Positions 35,524-44,943 of a stretch of DNA of 60,653 bases are shown one piece after another. The notes under the pieces are model-generated. The model worked only from the letters and a program-made list of their open reading frames with translations. It did not search any database and was not told where the DNA came from. The stretch's first letter is position 1, and every line of letters starts with the position of its first letter. Both the position numbers and the translations under genes were made by a program. The DNA is from Bacillota bacterium (GTDB taxonomy: Bacteria; Bacillota; Clostridia; Acetivibrionales; DTU013). The stretch covers positions 1-60,653 of the forward strand of contig JBLNDI010000064.1 of NCBI GenBank assembly GCA_050261495.1, given 5' to 3'.

Positions 35524-38500
35524 TTACTCTATAAGCCACCGCTGGTTCGAACTGCTGCTGTTGCTCCATTGGCACAAATTTGAACCACTGGCGGTATAAC
35601 CCATACCGTCCAGGTACAACCCGGTAGCGCGGTTTTTAAATTTAACATAACTTCCCATGTCCTCTATCGTCCATTGCTGGTTGTGACTACCGCTGTAAGA
35701 CCATTGACCGCAAACCGATCCGTTGGCAGTATAGCCCATGCCGTCCAGATACAAGCCTGTTGAGCGGTTTTTAATCATCACGTAATCCCCGGCGCTCTCT
35801 ATCAGCCACTGCTGGTTGGGATCCGTACTGCCGGCGCATTGTGACGCATCGGCGCCGTTGGCTGTACGGCCCATTCCGTCAATGTACAGGCCGCTGAAAA
35901 CATTCCGGATTTTTACATAACCCTGGGAAGCTGGTTTTACTATTATATAGTCGAGATTGATCCATCCGCTGTCATCGGGATCATACTTGTAGACAATGGT
36001 GTTTGTCCCGGCATTTAATACCAGGGTCTCCGTTTTATTCGCCCATGTATCCCAGTTGGCTGTTCCCGGAAGGCTGGTTTGTTTTACGTCGACGCCGTTT
36101 ACATATATGCTGACGGTCCTGGCGCCGTTGCCTGCCGAATACCTCAAATCCACGTTGTAGCTACCTGCTGAAGGGACGGATACGCTGAAGGTGGTGGTAG
36201 CTCCTACGTTCCAGTAACCGTCGACAAAACCAGTACCTGAATAACCGGGATGATCATTGTTTATTGCTGCTCCGCCCGATAAGGTTGCGTTTTCGGCCTC
36301 AAGCTTTGTTGAAGCCGGGTTTACGGTAATATAGTCGAGATTGATCCATCCGCTGTCATCGGGATCGTACTTGTAGGCGATTGTATTTGTCCCGGCATTC
36401 AATACCAGGGTCTCCGTTTTATTCGCCCATGTATCCCAGTCGGTCGTTCCCGGCAGGCTGGTCTGTTTTACGTCGACGCCGTTCACATATATGCTGACGG
36501 TTCTGGCGCCGTTGCCTGCCGAATATCTCAAATCCACGTTATAGCTGCCTGATGAAGGAACAGATACGCTGAAGGTGGTGGTAGCTCCTACGTTCCAGTA
36601 GCCGTCGACAAAACCCGTGCCTGAGTAACCGGGATGATCATTGTTTATTGCCGCTCCGCCCGACAGGGCTGCGTTTTCGGCCTCAAGCCTCGTACCCGGT
36701 TCTTCAGACAGGCTGGAGGTCCTGTACATGTCAGGCGTTGTACCCTGCCTTACCAAAACGATATTTTCGCCTATACCTGTATTAAATGTAATTAAAGCAT
36801 TTATCGAAGAGTTTATAGTTTCGGCCTGTACCCCGTTGCGGTACAGCACAACATTGGAATTCCACGGGTTTCTTATGCGGCAGACTTCTCCGAGTTGCGA
36901 ATCGATTTCCACGTACTGGATATCACCCGATTTCATGGATGAGGAAACTACAAAACCATCCTTGGCATGCAGTTTGTACTTCGCGTCCCACGCTGTAGGC
37001 CATGCCGGGAACACACGTATCACCGGGTCGCCGGTAGGTGTTGGACTAAGGCTTTGATTGAGAGCTTCCTGGATCGCAGCGGAAAACGTTCCGTAGCCTT
37101 CCGCCGAATAATAATCTCCCTGGTCAAAAAGCAGGTTTGGGTATACGCCATTTATGGTGAACACGCCATACTGCGTATCCAGAATTTTGGCTACATCATC
37201 GGCGCGCCCAAGTTTGGCGGCGTCTATATGAAAGCGGCTTGACCCGTTTCTGTCTACTACATTGTTTATAACTTGATTCATGTACCCGGGAGAATGCAGG
37301 TAAGTGTTGAGTGCAATTGCCCAATTGCCGCCATCAAGACCCTGATCCCTTGTTTCCAGGTTCAGCAGGTCATACTTTTCAAGCATCTTGAAAATCGGGC
37401 TTTCCGTTCCGTGCAAATCCCTTATAAAGAACGCGGGGCTCAAGCCTTGCGCGAATGCGGGCTCACTTGTGGCAAGTTGCGAAGCCAGCGCCGGATTTGT
37501 ACTCGCTGCCCACAGAGCGCCTGGATCCGAGCGCAATGGATAGCGTGCGAGATTGTCCCGGCAATCCGCCCACAGCGGGCGCATATCCGCGTCTACTCCC
37601 AACAGTTCCGAAGCCTTGATCACAACCGCAAAGACGCCCCTTGCCATGGCCAGATCGTCAATGACGTCTTTACCTGCCCAGATATGCTCGTGAAGGTTTG
37701 TATTATAAAAATGGTATTTGCCGTCGGCCTCTTTTCTGAAACCGGGATAAGTGCGGTAAAGCTCCGCCGCGCCCCTGATGAAAGGATAAGCGTGGTCCCG
37801 CAGCCAGTTAAGGTCCTTTGTGTGGCAGTATTTCTGCCAGTAATACTCGGCTGTTTCTTGTGTGGCCATCATGGTATGCGTTACGAAGCTTGCCTGGTTA
37901 TTGCTGGCGCCAAAAATGTTCCAGTTCCATACAGGAAGATACCTGTTTCTTCTCATGGTCATATCTGTAAATTCTTGCGAGCGAGTGCCGGAACTGAAAG
38001 TATAATATGCTCGGACGGAGTCGGCTATAGCCGCAGGCAGTGTTTCCCAGCCCAGGATCCCGGCTGTTTCGCCGATGTAAATACCGCTTGCGCCCCACAT
38101 TTGGCTTGCGTGGACCTGGTATTGTCCAAAACTTGATTCCCTCATTCTAAACATCGGATCCAGCAAGTCCATATGGCCGGCAGCCATCAGGGGCTGATAA
38201 AGGGAATCCTGGTTCCAGTTCCAGTAAAAGCTGCCCCAGTCCCTGCGATCCTCCTCGCCGATCCAGATACCGCCGTTGTACTTGGAGGGGTAATTGCCCC
38301 TGTTGGAAATGGCTGCAAGATACATGTAATAATTGCGGCGCTGTTCAAAATTCGGCCGCGAAGGCAAGAAGACGTATGATCTTCTCCAGAAGCTGCTCCA
38401 CCATGCCTTGCTGGAGTTATATATATTGTCATAGGTCGGGGAATTCACCGCGTACGCTATTGCGTTATTTTTTGCGCTCACCGTTCTGCTCATTGTCGAG

Positions 38501-39336
38501 TCGCCGCCGATAATGATGGTGAAGGTGCCGTTTTGCGCGGGCAAATTCAGTCTGCGCGCTGTACGGTTCCCAACTGTGCTGTTTGATATTGATGAAACAT
38601 TTCTGCCCTGTACGGTTACCGCAACGGCTGTATTTACGTAATGATCATTAACCGTTATGCCCGTATCGCATGGCTCCTGAATAACCTGTTCCAGAACGAT
38701 CGTTTTGTTGTCCGAGTGGGTGGAGAGAGTGGAAACCGCGGTATGAGCCCCCCATACCTGGTTAGCGTCACGCAGCATTGTCAAATCAATAGTGATCGGC
38801 TGGGGAGAGGCGCGATTGTCCGTTATTTGTATCGCTATGACGTTTGAGTTCATATCGGGGATTACGTTGACATTGACTCCGGCGCCGATAATGCTAAGCC
38901 TGGCGTCATACAAGGATAAGCGGTTTTGCGTGGCGCTGTTGAAAACAGAACCTGGCCCAAATCCCACGTGAACCCTTCCCAAAGCGCCGCCGCCGGAATT
39001 CACATGATCTTTGGAAGCCGCGGACGCATCGTTGAACATGAAGGTATCCGTGTGGTTTAACTGCATGCTTAGCGTGTTTTCGCTGCTTTGCCACACAGGC
39101 CCGCCGAACCTCCCGTTCGCCACGGGCATTCCCTGGGTACCGGTCGTAATTCTTCCATTATAAGTAAGATCGGACCTTCCGATCAATTCACTGTAATCCG
39201 GGTTGAATATAGGGGTTGCCGAAGCTGCCCGCACTTCATTATTAACGGGCGCCATAACAAGCATGGGAGCTATAAACGTGAACACCAAAAGCAGAGTTAA
39301 AGCTTTCTTAAGTTTTCTTGGTTTACCATTCATCAT
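35524..39336 (-). CDS. Secreted GH95-like glycoside hydrolase with two CBM35 and a ricin-B (CBM13) module
   Basis: Signal peptide; GMPVANG N-terminal motif; WSSFW..S, YWNWN and IRVFPAWP..W GH95-like motifs; two LEAENA CBM6/35 modules; QxW repeats at the C-terminus. Confidence 0.8.
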   Translation of the reverse strand: MMNGKPRKLKKALTLLLVFTFIAPMLVMAPVNNEVRAASATPIFNPDYSELIGRSDLTYNGRITTGTQGMPVANGRFGGPVWQSSENTLSMQLNHTDTFMFNDASAASKDHVNSGGGALGRVHVGFGPGSVFNSATQNRLSLYDARLSIIGAGVNVNVIPDMNSNVIAIQITDNRASPQPITIDLTMLRDANQVWGAHTAVSTLSTHSDNKTIVLEQVIQEPCDTGITVNDHYVNTAVAVTVQGRNVSSISNSTVGNRTARRLNLPAQNGTFTIIIGGDSTMSRTVSAKNNAIAYAVNSPTYDNIYNSSKAWWSSFWRRSYVFLPSRPNFEQRRNYYMYLAAISNRGNYPSKYNGGIWIGEEDRRDWGSFYWNWNQDSLYQPLMAAGHMDLLDPMFRMRESSFGQYQVHASQMWGASGIYIGETAGILGWETLPAAIADSVRAYYTFSSGTRSQEFTDMTMRRNRYLPVWNWNIFGASNNQASFVTHTMMATQETAEYYWQKYCHTKDLNWLRDHAYPFIRGAAELYRTYPGFRKEADGKYHFYNTNLHEHIWAGKDVIDDLAMARGVFAVVIKASELLGVDADMRPLWADCRDNLARYPLRSDPGALWAASTNPALASQLATSEPAFAQGLSPAFFIRDLHGTESPIFKMLEKYDLLNLETRDQGLDGGNWAIALNTYLHSPGYMNQVINNVVDRNGSSRFHIDAAKLGRADDVAKILDTQYGVFTINGVYPNLLFDQGDYYSAEGYGTFSAAIQEALNQSLSPTPTGDPVIRVFPAWPTAWDAKYKLHAKDGFVVSSSMKSGDIQYVEIDSQLGEVCRIRNPWNSNVVLYRNGVQAETINSSINALITFNTGIGENIVLVRQGTTPDMYRTSSLSEEPGTRLEAENAALSGGAAINNDHPGYSGTGFVDGYWNVGATTTFSVSVPSSGSYNVDLRYSAGNGARTVSIYVNGVDVKQTSLPGTTDWDTWANKTETLVLNAGTNTIAYKYDPDDSGWINLDYITVNPASTKLEAENATLSGGAAINNDHPGYSGTGFVDGYWNVGATTTFSVSVPSAGSYNVDLRYSAGNGARTVSIYVNGVDVKQTSLPGTANWDTWANKTETLVLNAGTNTIVYKYDPDDSGWINLDYIIVKPASQGYVKIRNVFSGLYIDGMGRTANGADASQCAGSTDPNQQWLIESAGDYVMIKNRSTGLYLDGMGYTANGSVCGQWSYSGSHNQQWTIEDMGSYVKFKNRATGLYLDGMGYTASGSNLCQWSNSSSSNQRWLIE
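35920..36687 (-). repeat. Tandem 384-bp intragenic duplication (two CBM35 modules)
   Basis: Two near-identical 128-aa units offset by exactly 384 bp (for example 35947 and 36331). Confidence 0.93.
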
Positions 39337-39468
39337 ATTAATCTCAACCTCCATTCCGTTTAGATTTCCCAATCTGCTTACATATGGTTATTCATGCAAT
39401 ATAACATGCTCTGCTTTCACCTCCCGCCAGTCTCTTTTTCGATTTTTTATCCGGCGTCTCTATAGTCT

Positions 39469-41523
39469 TTACGCTTTGTGACAGAGGCTGTCCGCTTCAA
39501 TTTCTTTCATTTCAAACCCTGGGCCGCTCCAGCTGAATTTCAGCATTCCTTTTTGCCTGAAGCTTGTATAAAGGACCTTTATCGGATAATAGCCTGATTT
39601 CAGTTCAATTTTCCTTTCGACGGCTTTTATATCATGCGGCTCGTCATTGTCAACGCATAATTTCTTTCCTAAAAACAATACACTGCCGTTGGCGCTCTCA
39701 AGCCTGAACGTATATATGCCGTCAACCGGAACCTTTATATACCCTGCATAAGAAAATGAATACCCGATAGTCGCCTGCGCGGACTCGATGCTGAATGTAT
39801 CGATTACGCCGCTCTTTACGGGTTTTACCGAGAATATGGATTCAATTAATGCCGCAGATTGAATACCCCCGGTATAATAAGTGTAAGTTAACCCGGGTAA
39901 CAATTCAGTCTGGTCTAAATAATCGGGTTCGAGCCTTTTCAGCACAGTATCATTCGCTTCGGCAGCTTCTTCGGGAATACATGAAAGGTATAAGCCAAAG
40001 TTGCATATCATCGGCTTGTCCCAGCTTCGCAGGATATTCAGCCTGACTTTGCCGGTAGTGACGGTGTCGAAGCGCTTTATGTTCTTATAACCGATGGTTT
40101 TATGATGGACCAATTCCTTCCACGAATCCCCGATCCAAGCTTCAAGGCTCCATTCCGCAACTCTTTGACCCTCCCTGATATATTCCTGCACAAGCACATT
40201 GTCAAAAGTCTTGGCTTCTCCCAGGTCAAATATGACGGAAGCTTTGCTGTTATAGATGTCCCATTTTCCGTCAGTAGTCCAGTATGTCGTTTTATCGTTA
40301 TCCAGGATAAACCCGGGCTTATGGCCGGGCGCTTCCGAAGTCGCACTAACAGCTGCTCCAAGCGCCAGGTTGGTGCTGAATGTGTCTTTTACGAAAGCTT
40401 TCAATTGCATCAGGCGCTTTACCTGGTCATCAGGAATCAATCCCCTGTTATCAGGGCTGATATTTAAAAGAAGCACGCCGTTGTTTCCTATCGAATTATA
40501 GTAAACGTCAATAAGGTCGGAAAGGCTTCTTGTAAAGGAGGTCTCGGCATTCCAGAACCATTGGTTCAGAACGACGGTATTTACCTCCAGCGGGTACCAG
40601 ACGGCGCCGACTGCATCCCTGTAATATTTTTCTTCACCCAAATCAGGCCATGTGGCATTTTCAGCTATTGCCCTGTCAAACACAGGCTGTACGGACCATT
40701 CATCCTTCCGGCTCTGGCCTCCTTCATTTCCAACCCAGCGCACGGCTTTCCCGCGCCAGGTGAGCAGGGCTCTGCCTTCCTTTATTTCTTTCCATTTTTC
40801 TTCGGTGGCAAAATAGTAAGGATCATACACCCTGATTACTGCATCCGGCTGAACAGACTCGATATAGTCGTACCATTTTTCGGGCTGATAGGAAGGAACA
40901 GCCTTCCATATCTTATAATCGCCGCATGCGCCGTCAAACCAGACTTCGCCTATATGTCCGTACCGGGTTAATAATTCCTGCAATTGTGCAAGGAAATATC
41001 CGTTATACTCTTCAGTACCCCATAATCCGCGATCTCTCTGGTTCATATCCCACGGGGAAAGATAAATGCCAAGATCAATTCCATGCCCGGCGCATTCCTC
41101 ATGTAAAACTTCAACAATATCCATATTTATTGATGAATTCCTGGTTGAAAAATCCGTTGTATCGGTATTCCATTGACAAAAACCATCATGATGCTTGGCA
41201 GTAAATATAACCATTTTCATACCTGCTTCGGCGCATACCCTTACCCATTGCCGGGGGTCGAGAGCTTCCGGGGCATAGCTTGACGGGTCCTCCTGCCCGG
41301 TTCCCCACTGCCTTCCGCTGAAAGTATTGGGGCCGAAGTGTATGAAAGCGATATATTCTTTTTCCATCCAATCAAGCTGCGCCTTGCTTGGTTTTACATG
41401 AGCCGCTTTTTTTAGCTTATCCTCAAGGGTATCTTCCGGAGAAAACGTTACTACCCACGGGCTATCGTTAACATTTTCGTTTGGTCTCAACAGTAATACC
41501 TCCGTGTTAAATGTTAATTTCAC
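39469..41523 (-). CDS. GH29 alpha-L-fucosidase with F5/8-C (CBM32-like) and PA14 domains
   Basis: FIHFGPNTF, TAKHHDGF, YLSPWD and EVWFDGA motifs; IREGQRV...TIGYK F5/8 domain; PA14-like C-terminus. No signal peptide. Confidence 0.92.
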   Translation of the reverse strand: MKLTFNTEVLLLRPNENVNDSPWVVTFSPEDTLEDKLKKAAHVKPSKAQLDWMEKEYIAFIHFGPNTFSGRQWGTGQEDPSSYAPEALDPRQWVRVCAEAGMKMVIFTAKHHDGFCQWNTDTTDFSTRNSSINMDIVEVLHEECAGHGIDLGIYLSPWDMNQRDRGLWGTEEYNGYFLAQLQELLTRYGHIGEVWFDGACGDYKIWKAVPSYQPEKWYDYIESVQPDAVIRVYDPYYFATEEKWKEIKEGRALLTWRGKAVRWVGNEGGQSRKDEWSVQPVFDRAIAENATWPDLGEEKYYRDAVGAVWYPLEVNTVVLNQWFWNAETSFTRSLSDLIDVYYNSIGNNGVLLLNISPDNRGLIPDDQVKRLMQLKAFVKDTFSTNLALGAAVSATSEAPGHKPGFILDNDKTTYWTTDGKWDIYNSKASVIFDLGEAKTFDNVLVQEYIREGQRVAEWSLEAWIGDSWKELVHHKTIGYKNIKRFDTVTTGKVRLNILRSWDKPMICNFGLYLSCIPEEAAEANDTVLKRLEPDYLDQTELLPGLTYTYYTGGIQSAALIESIFSVKPVKSGVIDTFSIESAQATIGYSFSYAGYIKVPVDGIYTFRLESANGSVLFLGKKLCVDNDEPHDIKAVERKIELKSGYYPIKVLYTSFRQKGMLKFSWSGPGFEMKEIEADSLCHKA

Positions 41524-41545
41524 CGTTTCGTTCGGCTGGCTGTTT

Positions 41546-42370
41546 TCATGCCTTGACAGAACCTGCGGTCATTCCTGAAATAATGTATTTTTGTCCAAGC
41601 AGGTAGATAATTAATACAGGCAAACTCGTTAGTATAATATCGGCGCTTACCAGGTTCCACTCTTTGTAAAACTGTCCGAAGAAATTATATACGGCCAGCG
41701 TCATAGGCCATTTTGACGCACTGTTAAGGTAATACAGGGGGAATGTAAACTGGTTCCATGCATCCATGAATGTCAGTATTGCCACCGTCACAAGAACAGG
41801 TTTAAGCAGCGGCATTATGATTTTGAAATACAGTTTTAGCGGACCACATCCGTCCAGAATTCCTGCCTCGTCCAGTTCGAGAGGTATGGCGCCGATGAAG
41901 CCGTAAATCAGGAATACGCTTACGGGCACCTCAATCGCAGCGTACAATAAAACTATCCCGATTTGCGTATTGTTAAGACGGGTTATCTGCATGATCTTCA
42001 TTAATGATACAAAATTAACAGGCATTGCCAGGCCCATAATGATAAAAAAGTATATAAACCTGTTGAACCTGGTTTTATTCCTTGATAGCACATAAGCTGC
42101 CATTGATGTCAGGATTATGGCAATTACTATGGCAGCGCTTGCATAAAACATGCTGTTGAAAAATGATCTTATAAGCTTTCCCTGTTCGATTACAACTAGA
42201 TAATTTTCAAAATGAAGTTTCTTCGGCAGGTCCATACCCATGGAGCTTGCCTGATGCCTGTCCTTGAGCGAATTTATAAGGATGAGCAGCAGCGGCACCA
42301 TCATAACAAGGCTTATTATCCATACAATTATGTTTTTTATAACGGTCAATAAAACATTTCTTTGTTTCAT
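41546..42370 (-). CDS. Carbohydrate ABC transporter permease (MalG-like)
   Basis: IPLELDEAGILDG EAA loop; six TMs. Confidence 0.93.
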   Translation of the reverse strand: MKQRNVLLTVIKNIIVWIISLVMMVPLLLILINSLKDRHQASSMGMDLPKKLHFENYLVVIEQGKLIRSFFNSMFYASAAIVIAIILTSMAAYVLSRNKTRFNRFIYFFIIMGLAMPVNFVSLMKIMQITRLNNTQIGIVLLYAAIEVPVSVFLIYGFIGAIPLELDEAGILDGCGPLKLYFKIIMPLLKPVLVTVAILTFMDAWNQFTFPLYYLNSASKWPMTLAVYNFFGQFYKEWNLVSADIILTSLPVLIIYLLGQKYIISGMTAGSVKA

Positions 42371-43242
42371 CAGGCTTCAACCTCCCCTCTGTCAAGGAGC
42401 CTGACGGTGAAATATCCGATGACCGTCATCATCAGGAACAGGACCGTTGACATGGCGGTGCCAACGCCATACCTTCCAAGTCCGAAGTCTTTGAATACCG
42501 TGGTGTATAAAACTTCGGTGGCATAGCCGGGCCCCCCGTTAGTCAGAACGTATACCGAATCGAAAATCTTAAGTCCGTACAGGATGTTTAATACAATCGT
42601 CACGGTGATTGCAGGCATAAGTAAAGGTAAAGTTATATACCTTAATTTTCCGAAATAGTGCGCTCCATCAATATCTGCAGCTTCATAATAAGTAGGGGAT
42701 ATTGACTGCAGGCCTGCCAGAATGATTGTCATTATATAGCCCAGGCCTTTCCAGGTATCAACTGCAATAATCGAATTGAAGGCGAATCTCAGGTCAACCA
42801 GCCATTGCTGAGCAAGAAATCCCAGGCCGATACTGTTCAGAAATACGTTCAGAAGGCCTGTTTCAGGATTCAATATTGATTTGAATATCAGTCCCACAAT
42901 GATGAATGAAAGTATTGACGGCATGAAAACAAGCCCCCTGTGGAGATTCATGCATGACACGCCTTCATTAAGCATTAATGCGAATACAATACCAAGACCG
43001 GTCTTAAGAATCGTCGTAGCGACAGTAAACCAAATTGTATTGGCTAAAGCTGAAAAGTAATGCTCTTCAGGTGAAAAAATTATCTTGAAATTATCTAGGC
43101 CGACAAAATTGATATCTTCACTGTAGCTGCTCCAATCGGTAAGCGAATACAAAAGACCCATGACGCCCGGAACCACGAATAACAGAAGATACAAGCCAAG
43201 TGCTCCGATAACAAAGTAGAACGGATAAATCCTGTTTTTCAT
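42370..43242 (-). CDS. Carbohydrate ABC transporter permease (MalF-like)
   Basis: FVGLDNF, YYEAADIDGA and TNGGPG motifs. Confidence 0.93.
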   Translation of the reverse strand: MKNRIYPFYFVIGALGLYLLLFVVPGVMGLLYSLTDWSSYSEDINFVGLDNFKIIFSPEEHYFSALANTIWFTVATTILKTGLGIVFALMLNEGVSCMNLHRGLVFMPSILSFIIVGLIFKSILNPETGLLNVFLNSIGLGFLAQQWLVDLRFAFNSIIAVDTWKGLGYIMTIILAGLQSISPTYYEAADIDGAHYFGKLRYITLPLLMPAITVTIVLNILYGLKIFDSVYVLTNGGPGYATEVLYTTVFKDFGLGRYGVGTAMSTVLFLMMTVIGYFTVRLLDRGEVEA

Positions 43243-43296
43243 ATTTGGCTTTCTTCTCCTTTCATTAAGTAAAAGTAATTTACACTGCCTTATAGC

Positions 43297-43324
43297 AATA
43301 GCCCGGCTGATATACCGGGCTATT
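43297..43324 (-). other. Intra-operon hairpin after the solute-binding protein gene
   Basis: AATAGCCCGG/CCGGGCTATT 10-bp stem with no T-run; typical position for an mRNA-stabilising stem. Confidence 0.6.
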
Positions 43325-43347
43325 ACTCGATTTATACAGGATTCGGT

Positions 43348-44703
43348 TTATTTAGCCCAAGCCGGGTCCTTTGCCGCTTTTGCAGAATCTGCTCTTCTCT
43401 TGTCGATGCTCTTTAGTACGTCTATAGGCTCCATTGCTCCTGTAAACATGGCGGAAAGGTCTTTACCAATTTCCATCCACTGGGGATTCAGGTATTTGAT
43501 CTGCGTCTGGTAAACTGTTCCATGTTTTGTATATGTGCTGTAGAATTTTTTAACTTCACCGGTGTATTTGTCCTTTAGCCCTGAGAACGGCAGCGTCATG
43601 TATCTTGGCGTGTTGTCTATCATGTACTGCAGGTTTTCCGGCTTTGCTATGTAAGCAAGATACTGTTTTGCGGCGTCGATGTTCTTTGAGCCTGAATAGA
43701 TGAATTTGGAGGGTCCTGCCGGATTGACGTTGAGTATCTGGTTGTCAACCAGGGGAATTACAAAGAAGCCGAAGGTGTCCGCTTTTACATCCGGGAAAGC
43801 CTTTTCTATCTGGTCGGGCAAGCCCTGGTTGTAAACTGTCATTGCGTATTTGCCGCTTGCCATGTTCTTTTCGGTATCGGCATACGTGTTGGACATAAAG
43901 TTTTTGCCCATGTATCCCAGTTTGACCAATTCCTGCAGCTGGGTAAGAGCTTCCAGCATGGTTGCGTTTTCTGCAAATGTGGTTTCATTGTTATTAAGCT
44001 TGTCAGCAAGACCGGGATTTAATTCCTCATATCTTCCTCCAAGCTCGGGGAACCAGAGTACATGGTGCCATCCATCGGATACACATTCATAAATAGGAGT
44101 TATGCCGGCATCCAGTATCTTCTGGCAGACATCTTTGAATTCGTCATATGTCGTCGGTATATTCAAACCAAGATTTTCGAATATTGTTTTGTTGTAAGCG
44201 ATTCCCCAGACGCCTGAATTGTCGTTGATGCACATTCCGTACAATTTACCGTTTACGGTTAATTGTTCCGCAACGAGGGGATCCATTCGCTGCGCCCATT
44301 CCTCATTGGAAAGGTCCACACCGTTCTTTTCAATGTTCAGAAGCGATACAATATCAAACTTGCCGCTCTGGTGTCCGAACAGGTCGGTGCATTCTCCCGC
44401 GTTCAGCTTTGTGGTGAGAAGATTCGGGTATTGATCGGAGGGAACTATCTGGTAATCCACCTTAATGCCGGTTTCCTGTTCAAACTTGGCGCCAAGGTCC
44501 TGTTCAGCCTTCTGAATCCAATCCTGGCTGGACATATAGGATAATGTCACATTCTTCTTTTCCGGCGCAGCTTCTGATTTAGCCGCTTCAGTCTTTGCCG
44601 GTTCAGTCTTCGTTTCACCCGGATCAGCGGCTTTTGAGCCGCATCCTGCGAACAGGCTGCATACCAAACCAATAACCATGATAAGAGCTAATACCTTTCT
44701 CAT
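43348..44703 (-). CDS. Sugar ABC transporter solute-binding lipoprotein
   Basis: Lipobox LFAGC, low-complexity linker and family-1 SBP motifs (YNKTIFENLGL..PTTYDEF). Confidence 0.92.
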   Translation of the reverse strand: MRKVLALIMVIGLVCSLFAGCGSKAADPGETKTEPAKTEAAKSEAAPEKKNVTLSYMSSQDWIQKAEQDLGAKFEQETGIKVDYQIVPSDQYPNLLTTKLNAGECTDLFGHQSGKFDIVSLLNIEKNGVDLSNEEWAQRMDPLVAEQLTVNGKLYGMCINDNSGVWGIAYNKTIFENLGLNIPTTYDEFKDVCQKILDAGITPIYECVSDGWHHVLWFPELGGRYEELNPGLADKLNNNETTFAENATMLEALTQLQELVKLGYMGKNFMSNTYADTEKNMASGKYAMTVYNQGLPDQIEKAFPDVKADTFGFFVIPLVDNQILNVNPAGPSKFIYSGSKNIDAAKQYLAYIAKPENLQYMIDNTPRYMTLPFSGLKDKYTGEVKKFYSTYTKHGTVYQTQIKYLNPQWMEIGKDLSAMFTGAMEPIDVLKSIDKRRADSAKAAKDPAWAK

Positions 44704-44943
44704 TCATTAACCTCCTTCAAATTTTGGTTTTCCGGACAAGCAAAAATACAAGCTCCCGGGATTTGACATCAACCCGTTCTTCCTGTATAATTTACTTGTC
44801 GTCCATCTCAACTTCACTTTACTATAATTATTCCTAAATCAACATGCATAAATATGGCATGTTATTTATACTGTTTTAACCAACCCGATCGCGGTGGTTG
44901 CTTAAAATATGCTTAAATATGGCTTTTCAGTTTGGGAGGACCC

